64,000 bases of DNA from Candidatus Zhuqueibacterota bacterium (GTDB lineage: Bacteria > Zhuqueibacterota > Zhuqueibacteria > Oceanimicrobiales > Oceanimicrobiaceae): positions 20,248 through 84,247 of the forward strand of contig JAJDAG010000150.1 of assembly GCA_029262005.1 (NCBI GenBank), in the 5' to 3' direction. The position numbers and the translations under genes were made by a program. This document shows, in pieces, positions 9,783 to 18,901 of this stretch (positions are counted from its first letter, which is position 1; the number at the start of each line of letters is the position of its first letter). The notes beneath the pieces were generated by a model. That model saw only the letters and a list, made by a program, of their open reading frames with translations. It did not search any database and had not been told where the DNA came from.

Positions 9783-9792
9783 GGATCAAATC

Positions 9793-10581
9793 GTGAGTAG
9801 AAACCTATATTCGCTGAAAAGCGAAATTGTGGCCATCGGACGCCGGGTTTACGACCGGGGCTACGTAGCATCAAATGATGGCAACATCAGCGCCAGAATC
9901 GATAGTGAACGTATTCTGGTCACCCCAACCGGTGTCAGCAAAGGTTTTATGAAACCCGAGGATCTTGTCGTTCTTGATATGGAGGGCAAAGTGTTAAACG
10001 GCTCGAACAAACCTTCCTCTGAGTGCTTCATGCACATCAAGATGTACCAGGAACGCGAGGATGTTAATGGTGTCTGTCACGCGCATCCCCCCTATGCTAC
10101 GGGATTTGCAGTCGCCGGCATTCCCCTCGACCAATGTATTCTGCCGGAAGTAATCGTTTCTCTAGGAGGTGTTCCAATTGCCGAATATGGACTTCCGGGA
10201 ACAGACGAATTGTTTACACCGGTTCTTAAGTACCTAAAAGATCATGATGCCTTCCTCCTTGAAAATCATGGGGCATTGACAATTGGTCCGGACATCCTGA
10301 ACGCCTATCACAAGATGGAAACGCTTGAGCATTTTGCCCATATCTTATTCGTAGCCAAAGCACTGGGCCGTGTAAATGTACTCGGTCAAGAGGACGTCCA
10401 TGACCTAATTCAGCTACGTGAGAAATTCGGCATCACACTTGGAGCCAGCTGCAACGTCGGACCTGCGAACCAAGGCACCAACCCGACAGCAGCATCGGTG
10501 CCGGCAAATTTGCCGGACATCGATAAAGAAGAGCTGATTCAAAAAATCACGGACGCGGTATTTAAGCGACTCAACAACTGA
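9793..10581 (+). CDS. Class II (FucA/RhaD-type, Zn) ketose-1-phosphate aldolase with C-terminal extension
   Basis: ORF 9766..10581. I prefer the GTG at 9793 because AAGGA lies 7 nt upstream and there is no overlap with BMC-H. FucA-like motifs are present: SNDGNISAR, LVTPTG, SSECFMH, VCHAHPPYAT, LLENHGALT. A tail of about 45 aa ends in DIDKEELIQKITDAVFKRLNN. Confidence 0.85.
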   Translation: MSRNLYSLKSEIVAIGRRVYDRGYVASNDGNISARIDSERILVTPTGVSKGFMKPEDLVVLDMEGKVLNGSNKPSSECFMHIKMYQEREDVNGVCHAHPPYATGFAVAGIPLDQCILPEVIVSLGGVPIAEYGLPGTDELFTPVLKYLKDHDAFLLENHGALTIGPDILNAYHKMETLEHFAHILFVAKALGRVNVLGQEDVHDLIQLREKFGITLGASCNVGPANQGTNPTAASVPANLPDIDKEELIQKITDAVFKRLNN

Positions 10582-10593
10582 CCGCGCCAATTC

Positions 10594-11787
10594 ATGAAAG
10601 TTATTGTCTGTAACATCGGTTCGAGCAGTCTGAAGTTCCAACTTCTTGAAATGCCGGCCGAGAACCTTCTTGCTCGGGGTCACATCGAAAGGGTTGGTTC
10701 AGACCTTTCAGCAATCCATTATTTCATTGGTAGTGAAAAAGTTAACGAGTCACAGCTTGCGCTGCCGAGCCACCGCGAGGCCGTGCAAAATATGCTGGAT
10801 TTTCTGGTACAGCCTGAATATGCTTTACTGAAAAATCTTGACAAAATTGATGCCGTTGGCTTCAAAACCATTCAGGCAGGCGACAAAAACGGTTCGGTGT
10901 TGTTGACACCTGATGTCCTTGAAGCCATGGCGTATTATAAAAACCTGGCCCCCGCACATAATCCTCCCTACCTCACTGCTATTCACAGACTTCGAGAGCT
11001 GTTGCCCGATGCACCTTTGGTTGGTGTCTTCGAGCCCGGTTTTCACCTGGATGCGCCGGACTACGCCAAAGTCTATGGAACGCCAATTGATTGGCTTACA
11101 GAGTTCGGCGTAAAAAAATACGGCTACCATGGTGCTTCACACCGGTTTGTCACTGCGGAAACGGTCCGGATTTTGGGCCTGCCTGCAAATGCGCACAAAA
11201 TCATAACATGCCATCTTGGCGGTTCCTCATCGCTCTGCGCCTTCAAGAATGGTGTCTCCATTGACACATCCATGGGCTTTACACCGCAATCCGGACTCAT
11301 TCAAGGAACCCGCATCGGAGACATGGATCCCTATGTGTTGCCATATATCATGGACAAAAAAGGATTAACACTTGAGCAAGCCCTTCAAGCCTGCGCAAAA
11401 GAGGCTGGTTTAGCAGGGCTTTCGGGCACCTCCGGCGATATGCGCGACATTAAGGCGGCTATTGCCAAAGGGTGTACACAGGCCTTGCTCGCGAGGAATA
11501 AATTTATCTACGACATCAAAAGGTATCTCGGAGAATTTCTGGTGTTGATGGAAGGTTTGGATGCCGTGACCTTCACCGGCGGTATCGGTGAGAAAGACGC
11601 CGAACTACGTCATGAAATCCTGCAAAGTCTGCATTTTCTGGGGTGTGCAATGGATACGGTAAAAAACGAAAAGCATGATACAATTATTTCTACGCAGCGA
11701 TCGAAAATAGCGGCTTTGGTGCTGGAAACTAACGAAGAAATTGTTGTGGCACGAGAAACGGTTGCAGTGGTACAAGGACTAAATTAA
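10594..11787 (+). CDS. ackA: Acetate (acyl) kinase
   Basis: 397 aa: MKVIVCNIGSSSLKFQLLEM, YGYHGASH, HLGGSSS, GGIGE. Confidence 0.95.
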   Translation: MKVIVCNIGSSSLKFQLLEMPAENLLARGHIERVGSDLSAIHYFIGSEKVNESQLALPSHREAVQNMLDFLVQPEYALLKNLDKIDAVGFKTIQAGDKNGSVLLTPDVLEAMAYYKNLAPAHNPPYLTAIHRLRELLPDAPLVGVFEPGFHLDAPDYAKVYGTPIDWLTEFGVKKYGYHGASHRFVTAETVRILGLPANAHKIITCHLGGSSSLCAFKNGVSIDTSMGFTPQSGLIQGTRIGDMDPYVLPYIMDKKGLTLEQALQACAKEAGLAGLSGTSGDMRDIKAAIAKGCTQALLARNKFIYDIKRYLGEFLVLMEGLDAVTFTGGIGEKDAELRHEILQSLHFLGCAMDTVKNEKHDTIISTQRSKIAALVLETNEEIVVARETVAVVQGLN

Positions 11788-11835
11788 GGCCAACATATAT
11801 TTACCCCGGCCATACCCGTTCCGCTCACCAGCTTA

Positions 11836-12486
11836 CTACGGACCAATTACGACCATAACCTTGCCCGGACCATGAACCCCAAGGGTCAGAGAAAGCTCAA
11901 TATCTGCTGTTCGGCTGGGACCGGTGACAATATTTAAGCACGACGAACGACTCACCTCTTTCACCTTTTTACTGAAAAACTCGCCCATGCTAAGCAAAAT
12001 ATCTTTCCGGGACAGCAGGGCCAGGTGCTCGAAAGGCAGTAGAGAGGCAGTCCTCGGCTTACCCTCTCCTGAGCACAGAACCAGCGATCCGGTTTCAGCA
12101 ATGGCGGCATCGCAACCGGTTAAACCTAAGTCAGCAGCTGCTTGAAAGGACATATCATCGTGCTCGAAACAGACTTTCCCACGCTGTAGAATAGCACCCA
12201 TGTCATACGGCAATTGCTCGGCATCCCAACTGAGAATGGATTTATCTTTTGTAAGTTTTTGAATCTGCCTCTGAACCCCATCTTCAGTTTCTTCGAGATA
12301 ACATGATACTCCCAGGACGTCAAGCTCCTCCAGTAATCTTTGCAATGGATCAGTCTCTGGCCGAAAGTCTTGTTGCAGCCCGGCACTCGTCCCCTGGTTT
12401 ATTTTCGGGAGCCGTGTCGCCTGCTGTGAATTTCTAATCTGTGAGAGGATCTTTGCTTTGGAACTGGCTGGTCGGCTGTCATTCAT
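11836..12486 (-). CDS. lutC: Lactate utilization protein C (LUD domain)
   Basis: ORF 11836..12549. The start is placed at the internal ATG 12486, which overlaps the lutB stop in ATGAATGA. YkgG/LutC-like sequence, last gene of the lutABC order. Confidence 0.8.
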   Translation of the reverse strand: MNDSRPASSKAKILSQIRNSQQATRLPKINQGTSAGLQQDFRPETDPLQRLLEELDVLGVSCYLEETEDGVQRQIQKLTKDKSILSWDAEQLPYDMGAILQRGKVCFEHDDMSFQAAADLGLTGCDAAIAETGSLVLCSGEGKPRTASLLPFEHLALLSRKDILLSMGEFFSKKVKEVSRSSCLNIVTGPSRTADIELSLTLGVHGPGKVMVVIGP

Positions 12487-13879
12487 GGTTTCCACCCCTG
12501 TCTTGCCACATTTCTTGAAAAGATTTACGAGCTGGCGTTTTGAGGTCACGAACTTTAGTCCATCCGCGCAGGGGTGGAAAAGAGCTTGTTATCCAGCCAT
12601 CAGCAGCCAATAATCTCAGAAACCACCGCCCAAGACTTGTCAATCCCTTGTACATTTTCGGCATTATAGCTATTACACCAAAACCCATCATAGCCAATTG
12701 TAAACCCAGTGAAGCCTTACTTTTCAATGGCGTGTTGTGGCGCAACTTCAATAACATCCTGGGGATATCTATTCTGACGGGACACACCTCCTGGCATGCC
12801 CCACAAAGCGTGCTCGCGGCCGGTAACTCGTGCCAGGTGCTGAGCCCCTTAAGTCCTGGTGTGATAATAGAGCCAATGGGACCGGCATAAGTATCCCCAT
12901 AAGCATGGCCACCGATGTTCTTGTAAATTGGACAGACATTAAGACAGGCGCCACAACGGATACAAGCGAGGCTTTCTGCCAGGTCACCACCCAGAATTGC
13001 ACTGCGACCATTATCTACAAGTATTACGTGCACCGCCTCCGGGCCGGATTCCTTCCCCCGCCGTGGCCCTTGAATGATGGTTGTGTAAGCGGTCAGTTTT
13101 TGTCCGGTCGCCGAACGGGCTAACAATTTCAAGTAGCGATCCAGGTCTGCAAGATTGGCAACCAGTTTTTCGATTCCAATCAAAACGACATGTACTTTCG
13201 GCAGCGTTGTGACCATGCGTCCGTTGCCTTCGTTTGTAACCAGGCAAATACTGCCGGTTTCAACCACGCCAAAATTGGCACCGGTAATACCCATGTCTGC
13301 ATCCAAAAACTCCTGACGAAGTTTCTCCCTTGCAATCCCGGCTAAAGTCTCTGGCTCGTCGGAGAAAGGCACTGACAACCGGTCATGCATGAGTTGGCCA
13401 ACGTCCTCACGCGTTAGATGGATTATGGGGACAATAATGTGCGAGGGATGATCGTCTGCAAGTTGGACGATATATTCGCCAAGATCCGTTTCAACAACTC
13501 TAAGGTCTGCTGCCATTAGCGCTTCGTTCAGGTGAATTTCTTCTGACAGCATGGACTTTGCTTTTACAATCTTCTTTACAGCATGCTTTTGAGCAATCTC
13601 CACGACAGTATTATTTGCTTCTTCACCGTCAATGGCCCAATGTACATGGCAGCCGTTTTCCTTTAAACGCTTTTCGAATTTAAGAAGGTTCTCACCTAGA
13701 TCTTGCAGGATTTCTATCTTGGAATTACGAGCGATATCGCGTATGGCCTCGGCATTTTCAAGAGAAGAAAAGGCAGACAACCGTCGGGCCCACAGTAGAT
13801 TGGTGGCGTTTTTTAATGCACCGCTGAGTTTGTGATCGTCAAGCGCATGCACGACGCGGTCGGTAAATTGAGACATCAA
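12479..13879 (-). CDS. lutB: Lactate utilization protein B (4Fe-4S, LUD domain)
   Basis: 466 aa with two ferredoxin-type clusters (CIRCGACLNVCPIY and CGACQEVCPVRI). YkgF/LutB-like. Has a 4-nt overlap with lutA. Confidence 0.9.
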   Translation of the reverse strand: MMSQFTDRVVHALDDHKLSGALKNATNLLWARRLSAFSSLENAEAIRDIARNSKIEILQDLGENLLKFEKRLKENGCHVHWAIDGEEANNTVVEIAQKHAVKKIVKAKSMLSEEIHLNEALMAADLRVVETDLGEYIVQLADDHPSHIIVPIIHLTREDVGQLMHDRLSVPFSDEPETLAGIAREKLRQEFLDADMGITGANFGVVETGSICLVTNEGNGRMVTTLPKVHVVLIGIEKLVANLADLDRYLKLLARSATGQKLTAYTTIIQGPRRGKESGPEAVHVILVDNGRSAILGGDLAESLACIRCGACLNVCPIYKNIGGHAYGDTYAGPIGSIITPGLKGLSTWHELPAASTLCGACQEVCPVRIDIPRMLLKLRHNTPLKSKASLGLQLAMMGFGVIAIMPKMYKGLTSLGRWFLRLLAADGWITSSFPPLRGWTKVRDLKTPARKSFQEMWQDRGGNHE

Positions 13880-14619
13880 TCGAGCCTGTTATCAAGAGTC
13901 TGAGCGATATGATACACTTTTAAAGACGAGCCCTTCCGGTGCAGCCCGCCCTCCAGGTGCATCAGGCAACCCATATCACAACTGACAATATTATCTACAT
14001 CGCTTGCTTCTAAATGGTTGATCTTGTTCTGCATCATTTTACCGGAAATCTCCGGATTCTTAATGCAAAACAACCCTCCAAAGCCACAGCATTCCTGCTG
14101 ATCCTCGAATTCACCCATCTCAAGATCTGCGACATTCTCCAATAAAATTTTTGGCTGCTCTTTTACTTTTAGCCCCCGCAAAAGGTGACATGAGGGATGG
14201 TAGGCAGTGCGTCCCTTCAATTGAGCACCTAAATCAGTGACGCCCAAGACATCAACCAAAAACTGACTGAACTCATAGCAGCGGCTTGAAACAGCATCGA
14301 CCATAGCCAAAAGATCTGGCTCATCGTTAAAAAGAATACGGTATTGGTGGATAATCATATCACCACACGAGCCGGATGGAATCACTATATATCCCTCGGT
14401 ATTAAATAGGGTCTGCAAATTTTTCTTAGCGACTTTATGTGCTTCTTTAACAAAACCGGAGTTATAAGCGGGTTGCCCGCAACAAGTTTGATTCATTGGC
14501 ACCTGAACTTCTAATCCGAGCCTTTCGAGAATATTGACCACCGCCATCCCGACTTCCGGATAGAATTCGTTGATCAGGCAGGTGTGGTATAACTGCACTA
14601 TCTTAGATTTACCAGGCAA
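13876..14619 (-). CDS. lutA: Lactate utilization protein A (CCG-domain Fe-S oxidoreductase)
   Basis: 247 aa: HTCLINEFYPEVGMAVVNILERLGLEV..QTCCGQPAYNSGF and a second ECCGFGG motif. YkgE/LutA-like. Confidence 0.9.
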   Translation of the reverse strand: MPGKSKIVQLYHTCLINEFYPEVGMAVVNILERLGLEVQVPMNQTCCGQPAYNSGFVKEAHKVAKKNLQTLFNTEGYIVIPSGSCGDMIIHQYRILFNDEPDLLAMVDAVSSRCYEFSQFLVDVLGVTDLGAQLKGRTAYHPSCHLLRGLKVKEQPKILLENVADLEMGEFEDQQECCGFGGLFCIKNPEISGKMMQNKINHLEASDVDNIVSCDMGCLMHLEGGLHRKGSSLKVYHIAQTLDNRLD

Positions 14620-14634
14620 TTGATGCGTCCTTTC

Positions 14635-15771
14635 CTATACATACATTTTATTAAAAAAGCCATCCGCTCTTGCCACAGCCGCCCGCATCATGTCCTCTGC
14701 CTTTGCTGTATTTCTTGCAGTAAGGTGAGCAAGCAATTGCCCAACATTGAGTTCGCGAGCTGCTTCCTCGCAGGCTTCCCAGCTCAGAATACTTCTCACA
14801 ACGCGATCGATTCCCTGTTCCGTGCTATCGTAAGGTCTGACTTGCATATCATGCCCCTTCCAGCGTTGGTAGCCGGCTTGTTGCATCAGTCCGGCGATGG
14901 CCACATTCATACCGTTGATGCGTACACCATGATCAATGTCATACTTAGCTGGTCCACCAAGTATAATGCCGTCATTATAACCCTGGCTGTTTAGATGCGT
15001 ATGAAACATTGCCCGGTTATCCAATTCTTCCACAGTATCGTAGACAGGGTCAAGGCCGATCATTTCTGAATGGCCGATTTCTTTGTTAACCCCCTTTTTC
15101 TCCCTGGATATACCAAACTCTTCCTCCACTCTTCTCCAAAATAGCAATGCACTCGCCACCGTCGGAATAAGCATGACAGGATGGCCCTCGTTCGGTTTCG
15201 GTTCTATGGCAAAATAAAGATTGCCTCCCAGAGTTTGTTCAAAGTGGCACAGCTTTGCCATGCTTTCCTTGAGGTTCTGATACATCTGCTTGATAAAAAC
15301 GGTCGCAATATCGTAGCCAAAAGAGCCGTTCCAGATGACCAACGACGGTGCTTTATCTGCATCAGGGTGCCAGGCCTTACGGAGCGGACCATAGACGAGT
15401 TCAACAGATCTTTCACCATACTTTTCAGCAGCCTCCCGCTCCTTTGCATCCAGTGAAGCGATCCCACCATAAGCAAAATGGAGATGCGCACCTGGTGTAA
15501 TCATGGCCAGGTAAATACCAGTATCGAAGAGCGCGTCTGCGATATCTACTGCATTATTTTCATTGTACTCATTATCATAATGCAACTCAATGCCCAATTG
15601 GATATGGTTAGGCAGTCTCGGTGATACTTTATCCTTAACCAATCGAACAAAATCCGTTGTATCAAAATTTTCAGCAGCCCATTGTGGTCGAATATCCGCA
15701 GGCACAAATCCACCTTTGCCGGCATGGAAGGTCCACCTGCAAATACTATGAAGTGTCTTGTTTTCAGGCAT
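14635..15771 (-). CDS. Divergent xylose-isomerase-family aldose-ketose isomerase, specificity uncertain
   Basis: 378 aa, alignable by eye to class I xylose isomerase: LHYDNE (cf FHDDD), FAIEPKPNE, NKEIGHSE (cf NPEVGHE), KYDIDHG (cf KYDQDLR), GHDMQVRP (cf RHFDFKPP). However, FHIDLN is FHTHLN here. Confidence 0.7.
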   Translation of the reverse strand: MPENKTLHSICRWTFHAGKGGFVPADIRPQWAAENFDTTDFVRLVKDKVSPRLPNHIQLGIELHYDNEYNENNAVDIADALFDTGIYLAMITPGAHLHFAYGGIASLDAKEREAAEKYGERSVELVYGPLRKAWHPDADKAPSLVIWNGSFGYDIATVFIKQMYQNLKESMAKLCHFEQTLGGNLYFAIEPKPNEGHPVMLIPTVASALLFWRRVEEEFGISREKKGVNKEIGHSEMIGLDPVYDTVEELDNRAMFHTHLNSQGYNDGIILGGPAKYDIDHGVRINGMNVAIAGLMQQAGYQRWKGHDMQVRPYDSTEQGIDRVVRSILSWEACEEAARELNVGQLLAHLTARNTAKAEDMMRAAVARADGFFNKMYV

Positions 15772-15773
15772 TC

Positions 15774-17279
15774 TTAATTATTCCGTCTCAATTCGGTTTT
15801 CAATTCACGGGACCAATTCGAATACGCTTCCTGGTAATCGGCCGTGAGAGCCATATTCGGCGCAATCACTTTTTCACAACTAAGGCCAATAAATGCCTCT
15901 TCAAAACCTGTGTAGATGCCGGCGCCAACACCGGCACCCCTTGCAGCGCCCTGGGAGCCATCCGTGTTGTATAATTCAACTTGAGCTCCGGTAACTGTGG
16001 CAAACGCCTCGGTGAAAAGCGGGCTAAGAAACATATTTGTGTATCCGGCCCGCACCGAGTCGACTTGAATTCCCATTTCCCGCATAATCTCTACTCCGTA
16101 ATTGAGCGCGAATACAATGCCCTCCTGCGCTGCCCGCAGAAAATGGGGACACGAATGTATGTTGAATTTCAAGCCCCGGATCAAGCAACCGAGATCCAAG
16201 TTCTCCAATATCCGTTCGGCGCCGTTGCCAAAGGGTAAGATGAGCAGTCCTTCCGAACCGACAGGCGCCTGTGCGGCTAACGCATTCATCTCAGCATAAG
16301 TCAACGTCTTGCTGCCATTACTGCCGATATTTTTTCTCAGCCAACTGTTCAAGATACCTGTGCCGTTGATGCATAGAAGTACACCGTATAGCGGGTTTTC
16401 AATGGTATCATTGACATGGACAAATGTGTTCACGCGGCATTTTTTGTCATAATTTGGTTGGTTGCCAATGCCGTATACCACTCCAGAGGTACCTGCTGTT
16501 GCAGCTAGTTCTCCAGGATTTAACACGTTTAGAGAAAATGCGTTATTGGGTTGATCTCCCGCGCGATATGCCACCTTGATACCGGGGTGCAAGCCCAGCT
16601 CGCCCGCTGCGCTTTTGCTTATTACGCCTTGCACGGAAAATGTCGGGACCATCTCAGGAATCAAATCACCGGACAGCCCGAAATGTTTAAGAAGTGATTC
16701 CGCAATATCCTGGTTCTGATAATCCCAAAGAATTCCCTCAGAAAGTCCGGGGCGGGTTGTTGCTATATCGCCTGTCAACTTCATGGCGATATAATCTCCG
16801 GGCAGCATTGCCTTGTAAATTTTAGCATAAATATCGGGCTCATTTTCCATAACCCATTTGAGTTTGGATGCAGTAAAGTTGCCCGGCGAGTTGAGAAACT
16901 GTCGAAGACATTTATCCGGGCCAAGACTGGAGAACGCTTCCCGACCGATATCTACCGCACGGCTGTCGCACCAAATAATGGCCGGACGTAACGCCCGATG
17001 TTGTTTGTCCACAATTACCAGGCCGTGCATCTGATATGAAATACCCACAGCCTGGATTTGACCAATGTCAATATCCGCCTGAGCCAGCATTTTTGCTGTG
17101 GCTAACCTGGTGTGCTGCCACCAGACTTCCGGGTCTTGTTCCGCCCAGCCCGGTTTGGCTGCTATAATCGTCATCTCGGTCGCAGGAGAAGAGGCGCTGG
17201 CAACAACACGACCCGTCTCAGCCTCTAATACCGATGCCTTGATAGAAGAACTGCCTACATCGTAGCCCAACAAAAACAT
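15774..17279 (-). CDS. FGGY-family sugar kinase (xylulokinase-like)
   Basis: ORF 15774..17342. Start placed at ATG 17279 (MFLLGYDVGSSSIK) with AAGGG about 11 nt upstream; ATG 17288 is also possible. Has GWAEQDP and FGGY C-terminal motifs. Separated from the isomerase by a 2-nt gap. Confidence 0.8.
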   Translation of the reverse strand: MFLLGYDVGSSSIKASVLEAETGRVVASASSPATEMTIIAAKPGWAEQDPEVWWQHTRLATAKMLAQADIDIGQIQAVGISYQMHGLVIVDKQHRALRPAIIWCDSRAVDIGREAFSSLGPDKCLRQFLNSPGNFTASKLKWVMENEPDIYAKIYKAMLPGDYIAMKLTGDIATTRPGLSEGILWDYQNQDIAESLLKHFGLSGDLIPEMVPTFSVQGVISKSAAGELGLHPGIKVAYRAGDQPNNAFSLNVLNPGELAATAGTSGVVYGIGNQPNYDKKCRVNTFVHVNDTIENPLYGVLLCINGTGILNSWLRKNIGSNGSKTLTYAEMNALAAQAPVGSEGLLILPFGNGAERILENLDLGCLIRGLKFNIHSCPHFLRAAQEGIVFALNYGVEIMREMGIQVDSVRAGYTNMFLSPLFTEAFATVTGAQVELYNTDGSQGAARGAGVGAGIYTGFEEAFIGLSCEKVIAPNMALTADYQEAYSNWSRELKTELRRNN

Positions 17280-17458
17280 CGCAGACATCACCCTTATTTT
17301 ATTTAAATTAGTGATTGACCGAACACTCGAAAACCATGTCATTGCGGTATTCTTTTAAGTCGGAATCCACATGCCCGTACGCAGAAAACTGCCGCTAAAA
17401 ATTCGCAACAATGACAGCAACGGGCAGTTTTCGGTCAATCACAATTTAACATCTGTTT

Positions 17459-18901
17459 TCATTTAGCTGCCATCGATTTCTTGGCTTCCTTCAGCCTGTC
17501 CGCCTCAGATTTTGATTTATAGTAATCATCAAGGGGATAGCAGCCCGATATCATTCCGACTCGCGGCGCTGTGGTACAATCACTAAAAGTCCGGCAGATA
17601 AGCTTTCTCTGTAATTGCTGTCCTTTCAATACAGCAGCAGGCAATTCGGGATAGGATAACACCATCCGTCCGATACCGACAAAGTCGGCCATATTCGTAC
17701 TTACAACTTGCTGGGCTACATTAGGCAACCACTCCTGTAAGTAAGAATACCCCGAGCCTACGAACAACAAGTCTGGCCGATACTGCTTTAATCGCGCCGT
17801 TACCTCTATCTGGCGGGCAACACCTACCAGCGGATCCTCCGGAGGCTGGTATCCATCCGAAGGAGGAAAGAGAGCGGGTCTTTGAATATGTGGGTTATAA
17901 TAAGGACTGCCGGCCGAGACACAGACGAGTTGGATATCAAGGGATGCTAACAGGTCAAGAAAAGCGCACGGCTCTTTGAGGTCAATACCCAAGCCAGTTT
18001 CATCACCGCCAAATGCAAAGCGATAAACTTCTTCTTTGGTTGATTCAGGCTGTCCGATGGCATCCTCACCCATACGGAATGGAACAAAGTCAAATGCACT
18101 TAGCCTGACGGCAATGTCCAGACCGGGAACCTCTGAGCGAATCGCAGTTGTTATTTCTCGTAAAAACCGGGTACGATTTTCAAAGCTGCCACCGTAGTTG
18201 CCGTCACGATCGAAAGAGCTTAAAAATTCATGACCGAGATAGCCATGGCAATGTTTAATATCCACAAAGGCGTAACCCGCTTTATATGCCAATTTTGCAG
18301 CCTCGACAAAATCCGCAATGAGGCGAACAATCTCACCATCACTTATGGTAGGGGCGTCCGGCGTCAAATTGAATTTCTTATCCAGGAGCGGGTGATGATA
18401 TAGAATTTTTGGCTCCAGAACATCGTTTTGATTTGGCCGGGCAAAGCGCCCGGAATGTGTAAGCTGAAGTCCCACCAAAAGGTCATCACAGTTGTCAAAA
18501 AGTTCTTTATGTGTCTCTAAAAGCGCCTCGCGTAAACCTGCAATGCCGACCAAATTTTTCTCATTTATCATCAACTGGTTGGGGTTGGCCCGCCCGTCCT
18601 GGCGAACGGCAACCGCTTCCCCACCGCAGATTAATTTAGCGCCGCTTTGTCCGAACCGGCGCCACCTTCGTAGCGTATCTTCGGTGGGACGCCCATCTTT
18701 GGTGCCATCCCAACCTTCCATCGGCAGCACGGAAAAACGATTGCCAATTGTGAATCCGTTTGCAAGTGTTAATGGTTTTGCCAGGGGAGAGTCTGGCCCT
18801 GACTGCACCCGCTCATCAAAAGGCAAGCTTATACCCAGTTGTTCCACATAATTCTGAAACTGTTCTGGCGTTTTTAGAGTAGCAATTTTCCGGTATTTCA
18901 C
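17459..18901 (-). CDS. Old Yellow Enzyme-family NAD(P)H:flavin oxidoreductase (long form)
   Basis: 480 aa with OYE TIM-barrel motifs: LQLTHSGRF and [15 protein letters not shown]. Confidence 0.8.
   Translation of the reverse strand: MKYRKIATLKTPEQFQNYVEQLGISLPFDERVQSGPDSPLAKPLTLANGFTIGNRFSVLPMEGWDGTKDGRPTEDTLRRWRRFGQSGAKLICGGEAVAVRQDGRANPNQLMINEKNLVGIAGLREALLETHKELFDNCDDLLVGLQLTHSGRFARPNQNDVLEPKILYHHPLLDKKFNLTPDAPTISDGEIVRLIADFVEAAKLAYKAGYAFVDIKHCHGYLGHEFLSSFDRDGNYGGSFENRTRFLREITTAIRSEVPGLDIAVRLSAFDFVPFRMGEDAIGQPESTKEEVYRFAFGGDETGLGIDLKEPCAFLDLLASLDIQLVCVSAGSPYYNPHIQRPALFPPSDGYQPPEDPLVGVARQIEVTARLKQYRPDLLFVGSGYSYLQEWLPNVAQQVVSTNMADFVGIGRMVLSYPELPAAVLKGQQLQRKLICRTFSDCTTAPRVGMISGCYPLDDYYKSKSEADRLKEAKKSMAAK

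Noticed and set aside
9766-9792. Upstream GTG start for the BMC aldolase, overlapping the BMC-H stop by 17 nt
   Set aside because: The GTG at 9793 has a properly spaced AAGGA and matches where FucA-type proteins begin. The upstream start cannot be excluded but is less likely.
11788-11835. Looked for a bidirectional terminator in the 48-nt convergent gap between ackA and lutC
   Set aside because: No convincing GC-rich stem with flanking T/A runs is present. Termination here is unexplained but there is nothing positive to report.
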